A stretch of 59,020 nt of DNA from Octopus bimaculoides (lineage: Eukaryota): positions 13,655,432-13,714,451 of the forward strand of contig NC_068998.1 in NCBI RefSeq assembly GCF_001194135.2, read 5' to 3'. The notes under the pieces were generated by a model, which was not told the origin of the DNA, made no database searches, and saw only the letters and a program-made list of their open reading frames with translations. The translations under genes were made by a program, and so were the position numbers. Positions 36,421-49,988 of the stretch are shown one piece after another; the first letter of the stretch is position 1, and every line of letters starts with the position of its first letter.

Positions 36421-37090
36421 AATGGAATTCAATCTGTTGCATGCATTTCAATCCAACTCCTTAGTTTAACTTTTTGCCTATCCTGTGTATCACATTTGAT
36501 ACAGAGGACATATTTCCTAGGCATCCATGCATCATTTAGGTATGATATACATTCCTTTCTGTTTTTCAGCCACTAGAGTAACTTGCGATTTATGAAAAGG
36601 AAGCTTTATATTACTCAGAATGTATGAAACAAGGGCTCACTAAAATGTTTGAAAACAAGTATGGAGATTTAGGACAAAATTATGAAAATGTTTCAGAGAG
36701 ACAAATGATTAAATATGATTTCATATCCTCTCCACCTTGTTTTGAGTGTTTGTAGCTTGGGTTTCACAGTCTCTTGATGCAGCTCTTTTGAACTGAGATT
36801 CTCTTTCAAAAAATATATGTGATTCAAATAATACACACACACACACACACACCAGTAGGAAAACTACTGATAAACTGATGCTTCACACAAAAATACCTTA
36901 TGGTATTTATTCAACCTATTTTGCACCAACACTTATGGCCAAATCACATTGGAATCATTGGTTGGTTCTTGTCTGATCACTGAAGTTAAAAAATATTGAT
37001 TCTAGTTAGTATATAGATAGATAACCACTTGGGAAACGTGGATGTTGTAAGCAGTAACCACCAAGGTCCAGTTCTTGTTGTGGTATAGTG

Positions 37091-37305
37091 GCTTGTGTGT
37101 CTTAGTGCCCTGAGAGCAATGCCAGTAGAGCACAAGCACCTGGTAGGGCCTTCCATGCTGGACAGCTCAAAGGATAGGGGCCAGACTAATATGGATCACT
37201 TCTTCTCAGAGGTAAAAATAAATTCACTTAGAGATCACACCCCTACCAAAAATAAAAGACAGTTTCAGAAGCATCAAGAATAATTCAAAACCAACAAGAT
37301 CTGGG
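37091..37305 (+). mobile_element. Second copy of the probable RTE 5' UTR fragment
   Basis: Aligns with 1933-2150. Confidence 0.55.
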
Positions 37306-37550
37306 AGAGAAAGCTTTTCCCTCAGGGAGCGGCACTGACAATCCAGAGTCAAAAACAGTGAAGAAAAGCCAACAAAGACATAAGCTTCATTGAGAGCAAA
37401 GCTCTTACGTATGTCATGCAATGTTGCACCAACACATGTTTGTCATTCCTGTATTTTAAATTAAAACTACTGATTGGTCAATTAGAAACTGATAACCAAT
37501 GGTTCTATTGCTCCCAAAAGCATAATATACTATAAAATGTCAGACAAAGA

Positions 37551-37762
37551 TGGCAAGCTGGCAGAATCGTTAGCACGCCAAGCAAAATGCTTAGTGGCTT
37601 TTCATCCATCCTTGTATTCTGAGTTCAAATTCCACTGAGGTCAACTTTACCTTTCATCCTCTCGGGGTTGATAAAATAAGTACAAATTGAGCATTGGAGT
37701 CAATGTAATCAACTTGCCTCCACTCCTGAAATTACTGGCCTTGTGCAAAAATTTGAAACCAA
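37551..37762 (+). mobile_element. tRNA-derived SINE, family A, tail type b, with a ~16-bp TSD
   Basis: TATAAAATGTCAGACA (37531-37546) and TATAAAATGTCTGACA (37763-37778) flank the element with one mismatch. Confidence 0.9.
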
Positions 37763-38043
37763 TATAAAATGTCTGACACAAAGAATCAACATGACAGAAA
37801 CAAAAATAGAGAATACTTTCGTCAATTGAATAATTTTGTCCGTTAATACTTTCAAAGTATTAAATATTTTTATACGACCAATAAACATACATTCTATTAT
37901 TTTATATACTCCGTTTGTTTGTTTTCTTTTAGATTACCAACATCTAATGCTTAGTGATTCTCATAACTTTGCTGACTCCACTATGGGCCTTGGTACTAAC
38001 AATGTAGGAATTAGAGTAAAAGATTAAAAAGCCATTAATATAG

Positions 38044-38074
<31 letters not shown>

Positions 38075-38119
38075 CATACATATATCTGTGTGTGTGTGTG
38101 TGTGTGTGTATGTATATCC

Positions 38120-38227
<108 letters not shown>

Positions 38228-38484
38228 GTATATCTATGTATATATATATATGTATATGTATATATATGTGTGTGTGTGTGTGTGTGTATGTGTATATATA
38301 TATATATATGTATATGTATATCTATGTATATATATCTACATACATTCATATATATATATATGTATATATATATGTATATCTATGTATATATATATATATA
38401 TATGTATATACATACATACATACATATATATATATATATTTATGTGTATGTATATATATATATATTTNNNNNNNNNNNNNNNNN

Positions 38485-38545
<61 letters not shown>

Positions 38546-39344
38546 TTGACAGCCTGGGTGAATTAAAATGGTCTGACAGATGAATGCCTGTATTGGCATT
38601 GGCTTGATGTTTCCATAGCAACACTGACATAACTTTGATATATATCTAACCTGTATCACTGAGAGATATTCTTTATAAAGATTTTCGGTAAGTAGTTAGT
38701 AATGAAAGTATTGTATACTTTCATTTTTGACATAACCCCCATACCAACTGCATCTTGTCTAACAAAAAAAAAATAATAAATAAATAAGTGATAGAAAAAG
38801 TTTATTGAAATTGTTACTTCTAGAAGCATTTATTATTTCGGTAAGATATTTTATAGGAAGTAATGTAAAATAGATTTGAGCGTTTCAGAAAGTCACTGCA
38901 TCAAAGATGGAAATCAAGGAGTAAGAACAAACCAAAAACCACAGTTTACAATTTTAGTTTGTTTCAATATTTCAAATTTAATAAGGCTTTGTGAAGAGAA
39001 ACAAAAAAATGAAGAAATAGAAATAGAACACAGAATTGGTCAGTACACGTATGTGAAGATAGGGTGTGTGTAGCATGCACAGTTTGGTAATGTTCATCAT
39101 CATCATCATCTGTTGCATGTTTCAAATGGTATTTGTTGAGGCAGATTTCCTATGTCTGGATGCCTTTCCTGTCATCAACCTTCATCTACTTCCAAGCAAG
39201 ATATTTTCCCGTAGCCAAGCATGTTTGTTCATGGAAGACTGAAACAAGCAACATTACTTCTCATTTACAACCCTCATAGGACTTCTAGACAGGGGTACAC
39301 ACACATACACACACACACACACGCATGCATACACACACACACAC

Positions 39345-39512
39345 ACACACATGAAAGGCTTCTTTCAGTTTCCACCTACTAAATCCACCAAAAGGCTTTA
39401 GTCAGCTCAGGTCAATACTACAAAGCACTTGCCCAAGGTGCCACACAGCAGGATTGAACCCAAGACCATTTGGTTGGGAAGCAAGCTTCTTAACCACACA
39501 GTCATGCCAACA
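39345..39512 (-). mobile_element. SINE family B, 5' part
   Basis: CTTTCAGTTTCC...CACTTGCCCAAGGTGCCAC...GATTGAACCC...CTTAACCACACAGTC. Confidence 0.75.
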
Positions 39513-41088
39513 CCTATATTACATTAGCAAAGTTGCATCAAACAACCTGTGTATGTTGTTGATAGCAGGATTTAATTCATTAATTAGAATAATCTCCTTA
39601 ATCCTCAAATTTCCAATATTCTATTCTTGGTTTTGGTGGTAATTGTGAGATACAGGTTAGGACATCTCTGCAGATGTTTTCTAAAAGAAAAGTATTTGTA
39701 TGAGATGTACAGTTTTCAAATGATGCTTCTAGCATAAAAATTCTGCCACATTTATTATATACTGGTTTAAAAGCCGCTTTCCATGTGAACTTTTAAGATA
39801 GCTCCTGTGGAGGGCTAATTGGGCTAATTGACCCAAAACTGAAGAGTGCGATAATAATAAAACATCTATTGGTATCCTACCGTCTCAGATTTATATCACA
39901 GTATCGCATTTGGAGAATTTGGTATCACTGTGACATCTGGAGATCACTGCAAAGCAGCAGGATGAACAACATTCTTGATTTAACCATTTGGTGTTAGTAC
40001 GAAGAGATTGTTGCCATTTTCAGCTCATAGGAAAAGTAGGAAAAGTACTACTACATGAGGTGAAGTCCAACAATTTTAAGTGATTGTCCTTGACTCATGT
40101 TAATTGCATTATTATAGGTAACAGAGGTAATTGTCACAAAGTTTTTGTATTAAATTCAAAAAGTTTTGGTCAGTTTGCTAACACACAATATCACGTTTAT
40201 TATTATAGCTAAGGGAAGTAACTCTTGTAAACCGTTTGAAACCTCTTGCAGTTGCCTTACCTGCTAGAAATAGCAGCCCAAATGCTCTTACATCAGATCC
40301 CAATGCTGGATGTTCAAGAACCAAATGAAAGTTAGATTTTCAATCCCAGGATTGTCCTGATTCCAAAAAGATGTAATATGTCTAAACTGAGATACAGGGA
40401 TCCTGGACAAACAGAATTTCACTTTTATTTATATAGATCATGTAGTACACTATGTAAGTCCAGAATTTCTTATCCATATAATTGATAAGGGCATTTAGCT
40501 AGTGAGCTTATATCGTTGGTGTGAGTATGTGGGCCAATTTCAAAGCAGGAGTTTTCTCAGAGAAGACTGTACCAGCTGTCTATCTCATGATGGATGACCT
40601 GGCGGATAGTAACAGAGGTTTTATGATTAAGGTGCAGCAGCTTTGGGAACAAAGGGTTGTCACTCAATCCAGTAGTTCGCTGGACAATTTCACACTATCA
40701 AGCCCATGCCAGCATGGAAAACGGACATTAAATGATGATGGTAGTGGTGGTGGTGGTGACAACAACGATAATGATGACATCGACAACGATGATGATGATG
40801 ATGATGATGATGATGGTGATGACAATGACAATGACGAGGATAATGATGATGATGTTGATGATAATGATGATGATGTAAGTGGCTTTGGCATTTCTGACCT
40901 GTAATGTACAAATAAAGCCTTGCAAGCAGTTTTTCCTGTAAAAGTTGGTATTAATGAATATCACCTCTCTGATTTTTGATCCAGAAATTAACCAGGAAGA
41001 GAGAAATCTGGTGCCATTGAGAGGTTCCATTTCAAAATTTACATTGTCATTCATATTGTTCAGCATGTCATGTACATTATTTATACAG

Positions 41089-41132
41089 GAGAAAACACAA
41101 AAGTGGTAGCTCTCAAAGACTCTCTAATCCTG
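41089..41132 (+). CDS. Candidate 44-nt micro-exon, unidentified
   Basis: Acceptor CATTATTTATACAG and strong donor CTG|GTGAGC; two open frames (RKHKSGSSQRLSNP or ENTKVVALKDSLIL). No homology recognised. Confidence 0.2.
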
Positions 41133-41319
41133 GTGAGCCATACAAATGATTGCCAATAATTCCACAACACATAACTTCATAAGGTTTCCTAATGTCTGTT
41201 TATACGTGAAGTCACTAAAATGGATGTATGTATTGGTCACAATAACTGTCAGAAATTAGTGGATGCCTGAAGTTTTGCTACCAGAGATGTGTGACAAAAG
41301 GAACATAAGTACTGATGGG

Positions 41320-41674
41320 CCGGTGCGTGCGAGTGATGATACCTCTTTGAGCATGATCCTATAAATCGAGAAAAATATAAAAAAAAGAGAGAGAGAGAGA
41401 GAGAGAGCACTTTGCTCTCATGTTTCTATTCCGTGCTGAGGTTACCGTGGTCTTTTCCGTAGGCTTTTCTCTCCATGGATAAACCTAATGTTACCCCATT
41501 TTACACTATTGACATTTTCTGTGATATACAATACCCGCCCCCTTTTTTTTTCCCTACCGATCCCTTTTGATCGGATTTTTTAATTTTTATTTTACTTTTT
41601 TTATTTTTAAAGAAAAGCTCTACAGTTGTATTTGTCCCCTCTGTGTGCAGCCCTGTGTGGCTAATAAAAGAAAG
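41320..41674 (+). mobile_element. Probable LINE 3' UTR/terminus whose tail is shared with SINE family A type a
   Basis: Ends TTTGTCCCCTCTGTGTGCAGCCCTGTGTGGCTAATAAAAGAAA, matching the SINE tails at 28980-29024, 20745-20797 and 52940-52975. LINE identity is inferred. Confidence 0.5.
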
Positions 41675-42750
41675 ATATCTGTAATGTTGGTATGATTGTT
41701 GCAGGTTGTCAATGTAATTGTGGAAGGAAGAATCTGTACAATATTATTTCCTTAAAATCCAAAAGAATTTACATCAGCGTCATTTCTTGACTTGGGTTGT
41801 AGGAACATTGGTCAATCATCTTGGGTAAACATGGTTAATGAAGTGCCGGGAAATAGGTCAAATTTTGCATTCAGATCTGAGATCATTTAAATGTATTAAC
41901 AGGGCAGTAGAAAAAAAAAATGTGCCAGAGAAGCTTCTTAATCATGAAACTTGTATGGAGGTTAGAGAGATTTTTGTAACAAGCCAATCTAAAGTATTCA
42001 GGTAGGTGAATGTTCCTGATTGTATTACGGATGCTACAGCATTTCAAGCAATGCTTTAGGGAAATTCATCTGGTAGCCAATCTCCTCCTGTTTTTTTTTT
42101 TTTGCTGATAGATTAAATAAATAAATAAATAAATAATGGAAGAACATATAGCCTAACTAAGGGGTAATGAGATTAGAATAGTATGGTTTATATGAAGCAT
42201 TGTGGAATTGAGTTAAGCGTTTTTGAAAGCCATTATATTGTGAGTTGGATAGAAAAGAGCGGAAACAACAGCAAAACCATTTACACCGTGACATTATGTT
42301 TCAATATTTTGGATTTAAAACAGCCTTTATCAAGAGAACAAAAAAAACAGAAAAGGAAAATGGAGATTGAGGTTAGATCTTATCTGCACAAATATGCAGG
42401 TGCTAAAGAAGGGGAGGGTGTGACATGCACAGAATTGTTGCACTCCATTATTCAATTAGCATTGTGCAATTCTTTCCTGTTTGTACTGGTGTGATGCAAG
42501 TATCATACATTGTAATTTTATTTTGAAGAATGTTTGTACTTTTTGTTGTCTATTTATTTATCTATCTAACTGGATATGACAGGCTTCTGTACAGTTTTCA
42601 GGTGTCAAATTTCATTTGACTGAGACCTTGGTAGAAGACACTTATCTAAGAGTCCCCCACATTGGGGAATAAAATTCCTTCAAGTTTTTAGGTTTTGAGT
42701 AAATCCTTTCTATCTCACACTCTCAAGATGACCAATCTGAAGTCCTTCAG

Positions 42751-42798
<48 letters not shown>

Positions 42799-42870
42799 NN
42801 NNNNNNNNGTGTGTGTGTGTGTGTGTGCATGTGTGTGTGTATGTGTGTGCATGTGTGTATAGATAGATAG

Positions 42871-42966
<96 letters not shown>

Positions 42967-43181
42967 TGACAGATAGAGATACATGTGCATATACATATAA
43001 ATATATATTGTTTTTTCGTTGTTCGAAAAATGTTTGTTTTTTTGTCTTCATCTTTATGTTTTTGTTTCTCATTGTGTTTAACGTTTTTTTTGTGATGTCC
43101 TGTACCCATATATTCATGTATGTATACATTTAGATGTAGGTATGTACATATATGTATGGATATTTGCATATAATTATACAT

Positions 43182-43235
<54 letters not shown>

Positions 43236-44484
43236 TATGTATCTTATAGACTTCAGGTTGGTCAACTCTAGGTTGTGAAGTAGAAAGGATTTGTTCAAAA
43301 ACTGAGACTTGAAGAACAGGTAAGGTTTAGTGATGGTTGTAAGACAATGTCTCAGTAATATATTTGTCAAAACCAATGTTAGTAAGAAAAAAAAAAATTA
43401 AACAAACAAAAGAACAAAAAAGAAACAAATAACTAATAACTATGATGTCAAGCATGGAATTGTGAAGAAAATATGACCTTGAAAGTACCTAAGCACACGA
43501 TGTAGAGAAAGAGAGAAAGAGAGAGACAAACAGACAGACAGACAGATTTCACATTATAAATCCTTGAATGACAAAGATTAAAGGTGAATTTGTTGGGATG
43601 TAACGTGACAATATACAGAGACAGAAACATAATAATGAAAGCCAATTTAGTTTAGCGTTTGCTATTTCTGCCACACCTCCCTGTAGGAAAAACAATATTG
43701 ATGAAGATAGCCGAGATGATGACAGAAAGCCTTTAATGACAAAAGGTCTCAGCAAATTATGTCTATATGCCTGTCTGTTGCTTATTTTCTAATTACTTTT
43801 GCTTTCAATCTCAATGTTTTCCTGAATGAAACCTAACCTCACCTATGCATACTCAGTACATTGAACAACAACAAACTAGTGACCACTATAAACAAGAGCA
43901 AAGCCACGGCAGAATAAACTATAAAGTTGAGCAATTTACTGCTACACTTTCATAAAAAGAAAACAGAGAGAATATATTTACACCTGAATCAATCCATAGC
44001 AGAGTTGATAAGGTGGTATTACCAATACGGCCAGTGTATTTGCTTCCACCTGAGTGAATCCAGTTGCTAAAACATTAGTTTGTTAGAAATAAATACTTAG
44101 ATGAAAGAAGCTTTGATATAACAGGTCCCACCACTTCCCTGAGATCGATAATATAAATTGGTTTGCTTTTTTTGATTCATTTATTCTTTTCATTTTTTTT
44201 TTTAAGGATATTTTAATTTTCACTTTTTGTTTGTTTGTTTTTTTTTGTTTTTTTTGTTTGTTTGTTTTTCATTCATTTCCATTTTCCTGAAGGGTTTCGC
44301 TTTTTCTTTTCCTTACAAATTTATGTGTATTTATTGGTACATGCATATATATATACGTATATGTATGTGTGTGTTGGTACATGCATATATACGAATGCAC
44401 ATGTGTGTGTGTGTGTGTGCATGTGTGTATGTGTGCGTACGTGTGTGAGTATGTGTGTGAGTATATGTGTGTGTGTGCATGTGT

Positions 44485-44520
<36 letters not shown>

Positions 44521-45689
44521 ATCACCATTGGAAATATTCAGTTTGAAATTGGTTTTAGGAATCATTCAATGCACAATTTTATATAAATTTATAAATATCC
44601 ATCACCAACAGTGTGACAGTAACCATGCGATAGCTTGCTAGTATCTTGTTTAGTTCAATAATATCATCACCACCACCACCACCATTATTCTCATCGATGT
44701 GAGTTTTTAGACCAAGTTCAATCTATCACAAGCATTCAAAACAGACGATTCTTTTTTGGTCTCTTAAACAAAGATGTTTCTTTTTTGTACATCAGCCACA
44801 TCAACCTTACACTATACATAGGGCATTGGTATATGAAACATGTGTAAAGCAGAGATGTATCTTCTGAATGTGCTCGGTTATAAGCATGAATGACAGAGCA
44901 CAAATGTGCTGAGTGAAAAAGTTGGCTATGAAAGAAATTAGACAATGTTCAAGAGTTCCAAGTTCAAACCTTGCCAAGTTGATCTTGGTCATTTATTCTT
45001 TCAGAGATGGTGTTTTGCAGCATTTGTTTCAGTTCTTTGCTGAAAGATAAACTGAGTATTAGAGGAATCGGATATGGTGCCCAAGAGTTTAACTCCTGCC
45101 AAAGAAAACTTTGTCTTTGATCCTTTTGGGGTTGATCCATGTAGCATTTATTCTAGTCTTGCTGTTCTGAGATCAAATACCACAATGGAATTTGAACTTA
45201 CAATCACGCATCAAATTTCACTCATAAATCTTTGGTTGCCTTAGACTCTGATAAAAACTTGACCAAGGTGCTCTCCAATGAGACAAAACTCAAGAATACA
45301 CAGTTATGAAGCAAACTTCTGAATCACAAAGCTATTTAAAAAACTAAATGATTTTCATATTTGCTACTTCACATGTTGTTGTTGTTGTAATAGTTATTTT
45401 TGTTGTTGTTTAGCCCTAGGTCAGTCTTAAGTACCTTTTCAACTATGACCTTACTTATATCTAAGTATACACTGTTCAATGTATTCTTCTATTTTTAAGA
45501 TGGCACAGTATGATTTGAAGGAGAATTGGCTGCTATTTTCAGTAGATCTAAGCCCCAGTTTGATCCTGGTCAAGCAAAAGTGATCCAGTCAGGACCGTTC
45601 TGTCTTCATTTAAAAGATGGTGATGAATGAGGATGACAATGTGCCCCAAATTGAATTGTTTAATATGAGGAGGACCTCCTGCTCCATCG

Positions 45690-46015
45690 GTCATGACTGA
45701 CCATGGGATTGCACCTAGAAAGTTCCCCTCTGAGGCACAAGTCTGGGCAAGGTTTTTTATGGAAGACCAGCAGTCACCCATGCATACCAGTCTTCCCTCT
45801 CCATGCCACTGATGTTATCCAAGGGAAAGGCAAAGGGGCCGATACAGCTTGGCACCAGTGATGTCACAACTCATTTCTACAGGTGAGTAAACTGGAACAA
45901 CATGAAATAAAGTATCTTGCTCAAGAACACAACACACAGCCCAGTCCAGGAATCAAACTCACTACTTCATGATTGTGAGTCCGATGCTCTAACCACTGAG
46001 CCATGTGCCTTCACA
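45690..46015 (-). mobile_element. tRNA-derived SINE, family C (third tail variant), near full length
   Basis: Reverse complement gives head GGCACATGGCTCAGTGGTTAGAGC...GAGTTTGATTCC and GTGTTGTGTTCTTGAGCAAGATACTTTATTTC. Confidence 0.85.
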
Positions 46016-46388
46016 TAATATAACCTTACTTTTACTAAGACAGTAAGATATGGTCAGAAAAAGTGAGATATGGCTGCTATTTCTAATGGCTCAAGCAACC
46101 ATGTAGAGTAACTCCTTCGTTGGTCCATGTCTCCTGTGTTCAATCAACTAATGGTGGTGATAGTGTGCAGGTGTGCACACATGTATATGTGTGCATGTGT
46201 GTGTGTATGCACATGTTGGTGTTGTCAGTCAAGTCATGTTAGTCCATGAATCATATTTAATCTAATTTCATTATGTTATCAAACTCACTGCATCAAATCT
46301 ATTGATTAACCTTAAAACCTGTAGATTATAGATTTTCCAGCAATATTTTTCTTTTTTTGTTTTCTTTTTTGTCTTCCTAATGCATTGT

Positions 46389-46420
<32 letters not shown>

Positions 46421-46787
46421 NNNNNNNNNNTATACATATATATATACATATATATATACATATATATATATATATATGTGCACGTGTGTGTGTCTGTTCT
46501 TTAGGATAGATACTCAAATAAAGTGTCATTAAAAGCACATGCATTTACATACACACAGATACACAAAGTAATATGTAGGTACATTCAGAATGAAATATAT
46601 ATATATATACATGTATACACAAACACATATCTATATAACAAAGCAAATATCAATGGAAATACACATACCCACTGTATATTTATATACACACATGTGACCT
46701 ACATATACATACATGTATGTATATGTGTGTGTGTGTGTGTGTGTGTATGATGTATGTATGTACATGTGCATGATGCGTGTGTGTATG

Positions 46788-46858
<71 letters not shown>

Positions 46859-47199
46859 AACACACCCTTAGCAATGAAGACTCATATTTTTACACAAACA
46901 CGCACACATGTCTTCTCTGTCTTTTCTCTCTATCTTATATATACGCTCAACTAGATGGTAATTTTATCAAGTGATAAAATACCAACAAAGGAAATAAAAT
47001 TATATAACTAAAATCTAAAACAGACACTAAAACACTAGATCTATTGAATCAAAAATATTTTAAAATTAAATTACACTCGTAGTAATGACAAAACAAAAAA
47101 TCATTATTTTCATGATTAACTCCGATCAAGAATAGCAAGGGAGACAAACCAGGAATTCAAATTAAAATTTAATATGAAATCCAGTGGAGAATAAGTCAG

Positions 47200-48000
47200 G
47201 TATTTGGCAGCATGGTGACAACTGTGAAGATGGTCTGGTCTTATTAGTGCAGTATCAGTTCCTCCTGAACTCTTGAGCATATTGGGTAGTAAGCTGATAC
47301 CACTGGTTTCTGTTGTCTGTGGTTTTCTCTACATCTACCTAGGTGATATTGGCCTCCCTCGAGTTGGTTACAGATATCAGCGGATAATCTAGAAATTCTT
47401 GCAGAGATATTCTTAACTAATCCCCGTATAGATGGTTGGATGCTCTGTTAATGTACTTAATATGATCATTCGGCTCATGAAATGGTTCAAATAATCCAGT
47501 ATCAAGACAGAAACTAGTATCAAGAAAATTCATAAATTTTTACACGTAGTAATGCTTAGTTCTAAATTTTTTTAAAGTCTAGAGAAATTTTTCCTATGCC
47601 TTTCTAACTGTACTTTTCTACTTCTGTCCAGAAAAAAAAAAGGCGTCATCCCTACATAGATTCCAGGTTACTTCTACAAAAGAAAACTGGATTAATGAAA
47701 GGATATATATTCTGACTAGGTCTGTGATCTGGGCAGAATCGTATGAGCCCATTGCTATATCAAATGCATTCTCTCTATCTAATCTATTCCATAATCTACC
47801 ATCAAAATCTACTAGAGTGGCTCATGCAGCAAGTATAATATCTATTTTCCATTGGGACAAATCGCAATTTTCCATGCTGTAAAGCAGGGCTTGGTTAAGA
47901 ATGATCTGGTTAATAGTGGCATAATAGCTCTCTATGTCTAGTTGCAAGAATTTACTATTCTTCCTAATTTCTAGAAGCTTTACCATCCAACCCCAGAAGA
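47200..48000 (-). pseudogene. Decayed Penelope-like element (PLE) reverse transcriptase
   Basis: Minus-strand peptides NSKFLQLDIESYYATI, FDIAMGSYDSAQITDLVRIYIL, LCRDDA and FMNFLDTSFCLDTGLFEPFHEPNDHIKYINRASNH occur in the order of the PLE RT motifs (FDI-x2-FY, MGSYDGAE, YRDD, NFLD...YxKPN...YIxxxSNH). In-frame stops are present. Confidence 0.88.
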
Positions 48001-48172
48001 TATATGTGCATAAATATATATATTCAATAATCTAAGCCTGAAAAAGACAGGCTTCTGTCAGAAGTCCATGAAACTTTAAGCCACATGGAGCCAAATCAAA
48101 CTGTTTTAGATAATACATGTAACTCCTATTCAATGTGTTGAGTGCTCTTTCCTTTCATTTGTCCACTCACTC

Positions 48173-48210
<38 letters not shown>

Positions 48211-48880
48211 CCTTGGGTTATCAATTCAAAGGAACATGAGAATATGGTAATAAAATTTAGAATAAAGAACTCAAATTAATAGAACTGTGTGTCAACATAC
48301 CTTAATAAAACAGTAAGTTTAACAAAATGCATTTGCACAGAACAAAGAACCATAAGATGGTTTATAAATAGTGTGTGTGAATATATATATATATTATAGA
48401 GGGAGGGGGAGAGGGGGAGAGAGAGTCATCCACTCAATGATACATCCATATATGAAGAAAGAGAGTGAAGAGAGAAAGAGAGAGAGAAATAAAGAAGGTG
48501 AGTAAGAGAGAAAGAAAATGGAAGAGGAGATAAATGTATTGATGATAATCCAAAATAAAATAAGTCACTTTGTATCTTAACTCTTCTGCCTTGTTCATCC
48601 AACTGCTAATTTACATTCAGTAGTTAATAATAAATTGTTTCAACGAAACAATCTTGTTTCCTCTCAGCTGGAACAAGACTGATGTGTTGGAAGCCAGCAC
48701 TAAACAGCCAACGGCACCACCGTCATCACCAACACGTCTGGCACCATTACCAACCAACTTCAACACTACCACCCACGCCACTGCCACACACATACACACA
48801 GACACACACACACACACACACACAGAGACACACACACACACACAGACACACACACAGACACAGACACACACACAGACACA

Positions 48881-48919
<39 letters not shown>

Positions 48920-49323
48920 ACACACAGACACACTTTCTAACTTTCTGTCCTTAAGGGAATTTCAAAACCAGTGAATATTGATTGGTTATCAACTACATTT
49001 GTAAGAATGTGGCCTGCAGGTAGATACAACTATTCACACAGTGCAACAAAGACTATATGTATCTCCCAAGAACCCGCTTCTTGTAATTTCAGTCAGTTTT
49101 CCAGTGGGAGGATAATTTGAACAGGCAAGAAATACTAAAAGAAAATTACTTCTAAAAACAGAAAAAAAATAACAAATAATACAAAAATGTCAGAGGTTCA
49201 TGAAAATATGATCTGCTATAATGGATTGCTCTGTGTGGGGGCTATAAACTTTCATTATTATTATTGTTATTATAAGAAACCATTATTATTATTATTACTA
49301 TTATTATTATTGTTATTATTTAG

Positions 49324-49522
49324 ATGGTGAGCTGACAGAATTGTTAGCATGCTGGATGAAATGCTTAGTTGTATTTCGTCTGTCGCTACATTCTGAGTTC
49401 AAATTCTGCCGAGGTCGACTTTGTTTTTCATTCTTTCGGGTGTCGATAAATTAAGTACCAGTGAAACACAGGGGTTGATGTAATTGACTAGTCTCCAACC
49501 CAAAAATTTCAGGCCTTGTGCA
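49324..49522 (+). mobile_element. tRNA-derived SINE, family A, tail type b
   Basis: GGTGAGCTGACAGAATTGTTAGC...GAGTTCAAATTCTGCCGAGGTCGAC...AAAATTTCAGGCCTTGTGC. Confidence 0.85.
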
Positions 49523-49841
49523 CTGTCCAGTTTTGTTGGAGTATGAGATTTGCTTCAAGAGTCATTAACTGCATGCTTTTGCCTGAGCCATAGTAACATA
49601 ATCATGAATAAACTATTTTGAAATTTTAGTAGCTATAAGCTTTAGCTGTGTGTTGGATGTGAGAAGGGTCTAAATTACTTGTATAGCTCCCTGGGTTAGT
49701 TAGCATAAAACCGTCTGAACTCTAACCAAGAAATTGATCTGAAATTCCATAGAGTCCAAGAGATGGAGGAAAGCTTTGTATAATGTAAGAGACCAAGTCA
49801 GTCAGTGGTGTATGTTGAGATTGAAACTAATTTACATAGAG

Positions 49842-49988
49842 CAGTGTTTCTCAATCAGAGTCCATATGATCCTTGGGGTTTCATACAAGATCTTGTCGTT
49901 AAAGTTTATGAGTATGGTTATGAGGGTTCGCCCAAGTAAAATAGGAATCAGAGGGTTCCTTAGGCAAAAAAATGGTTGAGAACCACAT
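49842..49988. mobile_element. hAT-type MITE
   Basis: CAGTGTTTCTCAA and TTGAGAACCAC termini, typical of Charlie-like hAT ends; TSD not resolved. Confidence 0.6.

Noticed and set aside
36585-36765. Protein-like plus-strand open stretch (AIYEKEALYYSECMKQGLTKMFENKYGDLGQNYENV...)
   Set aside because: The nearby acceptor at 36569 leads into stops in all three frames, and no homology was recognised.
40521-40904. 127-aa ORF with poly-Asp
   Set aside because: The acidic tract is an expanded, degenerate (GAT)n tail of an RTE 3'-end copy.
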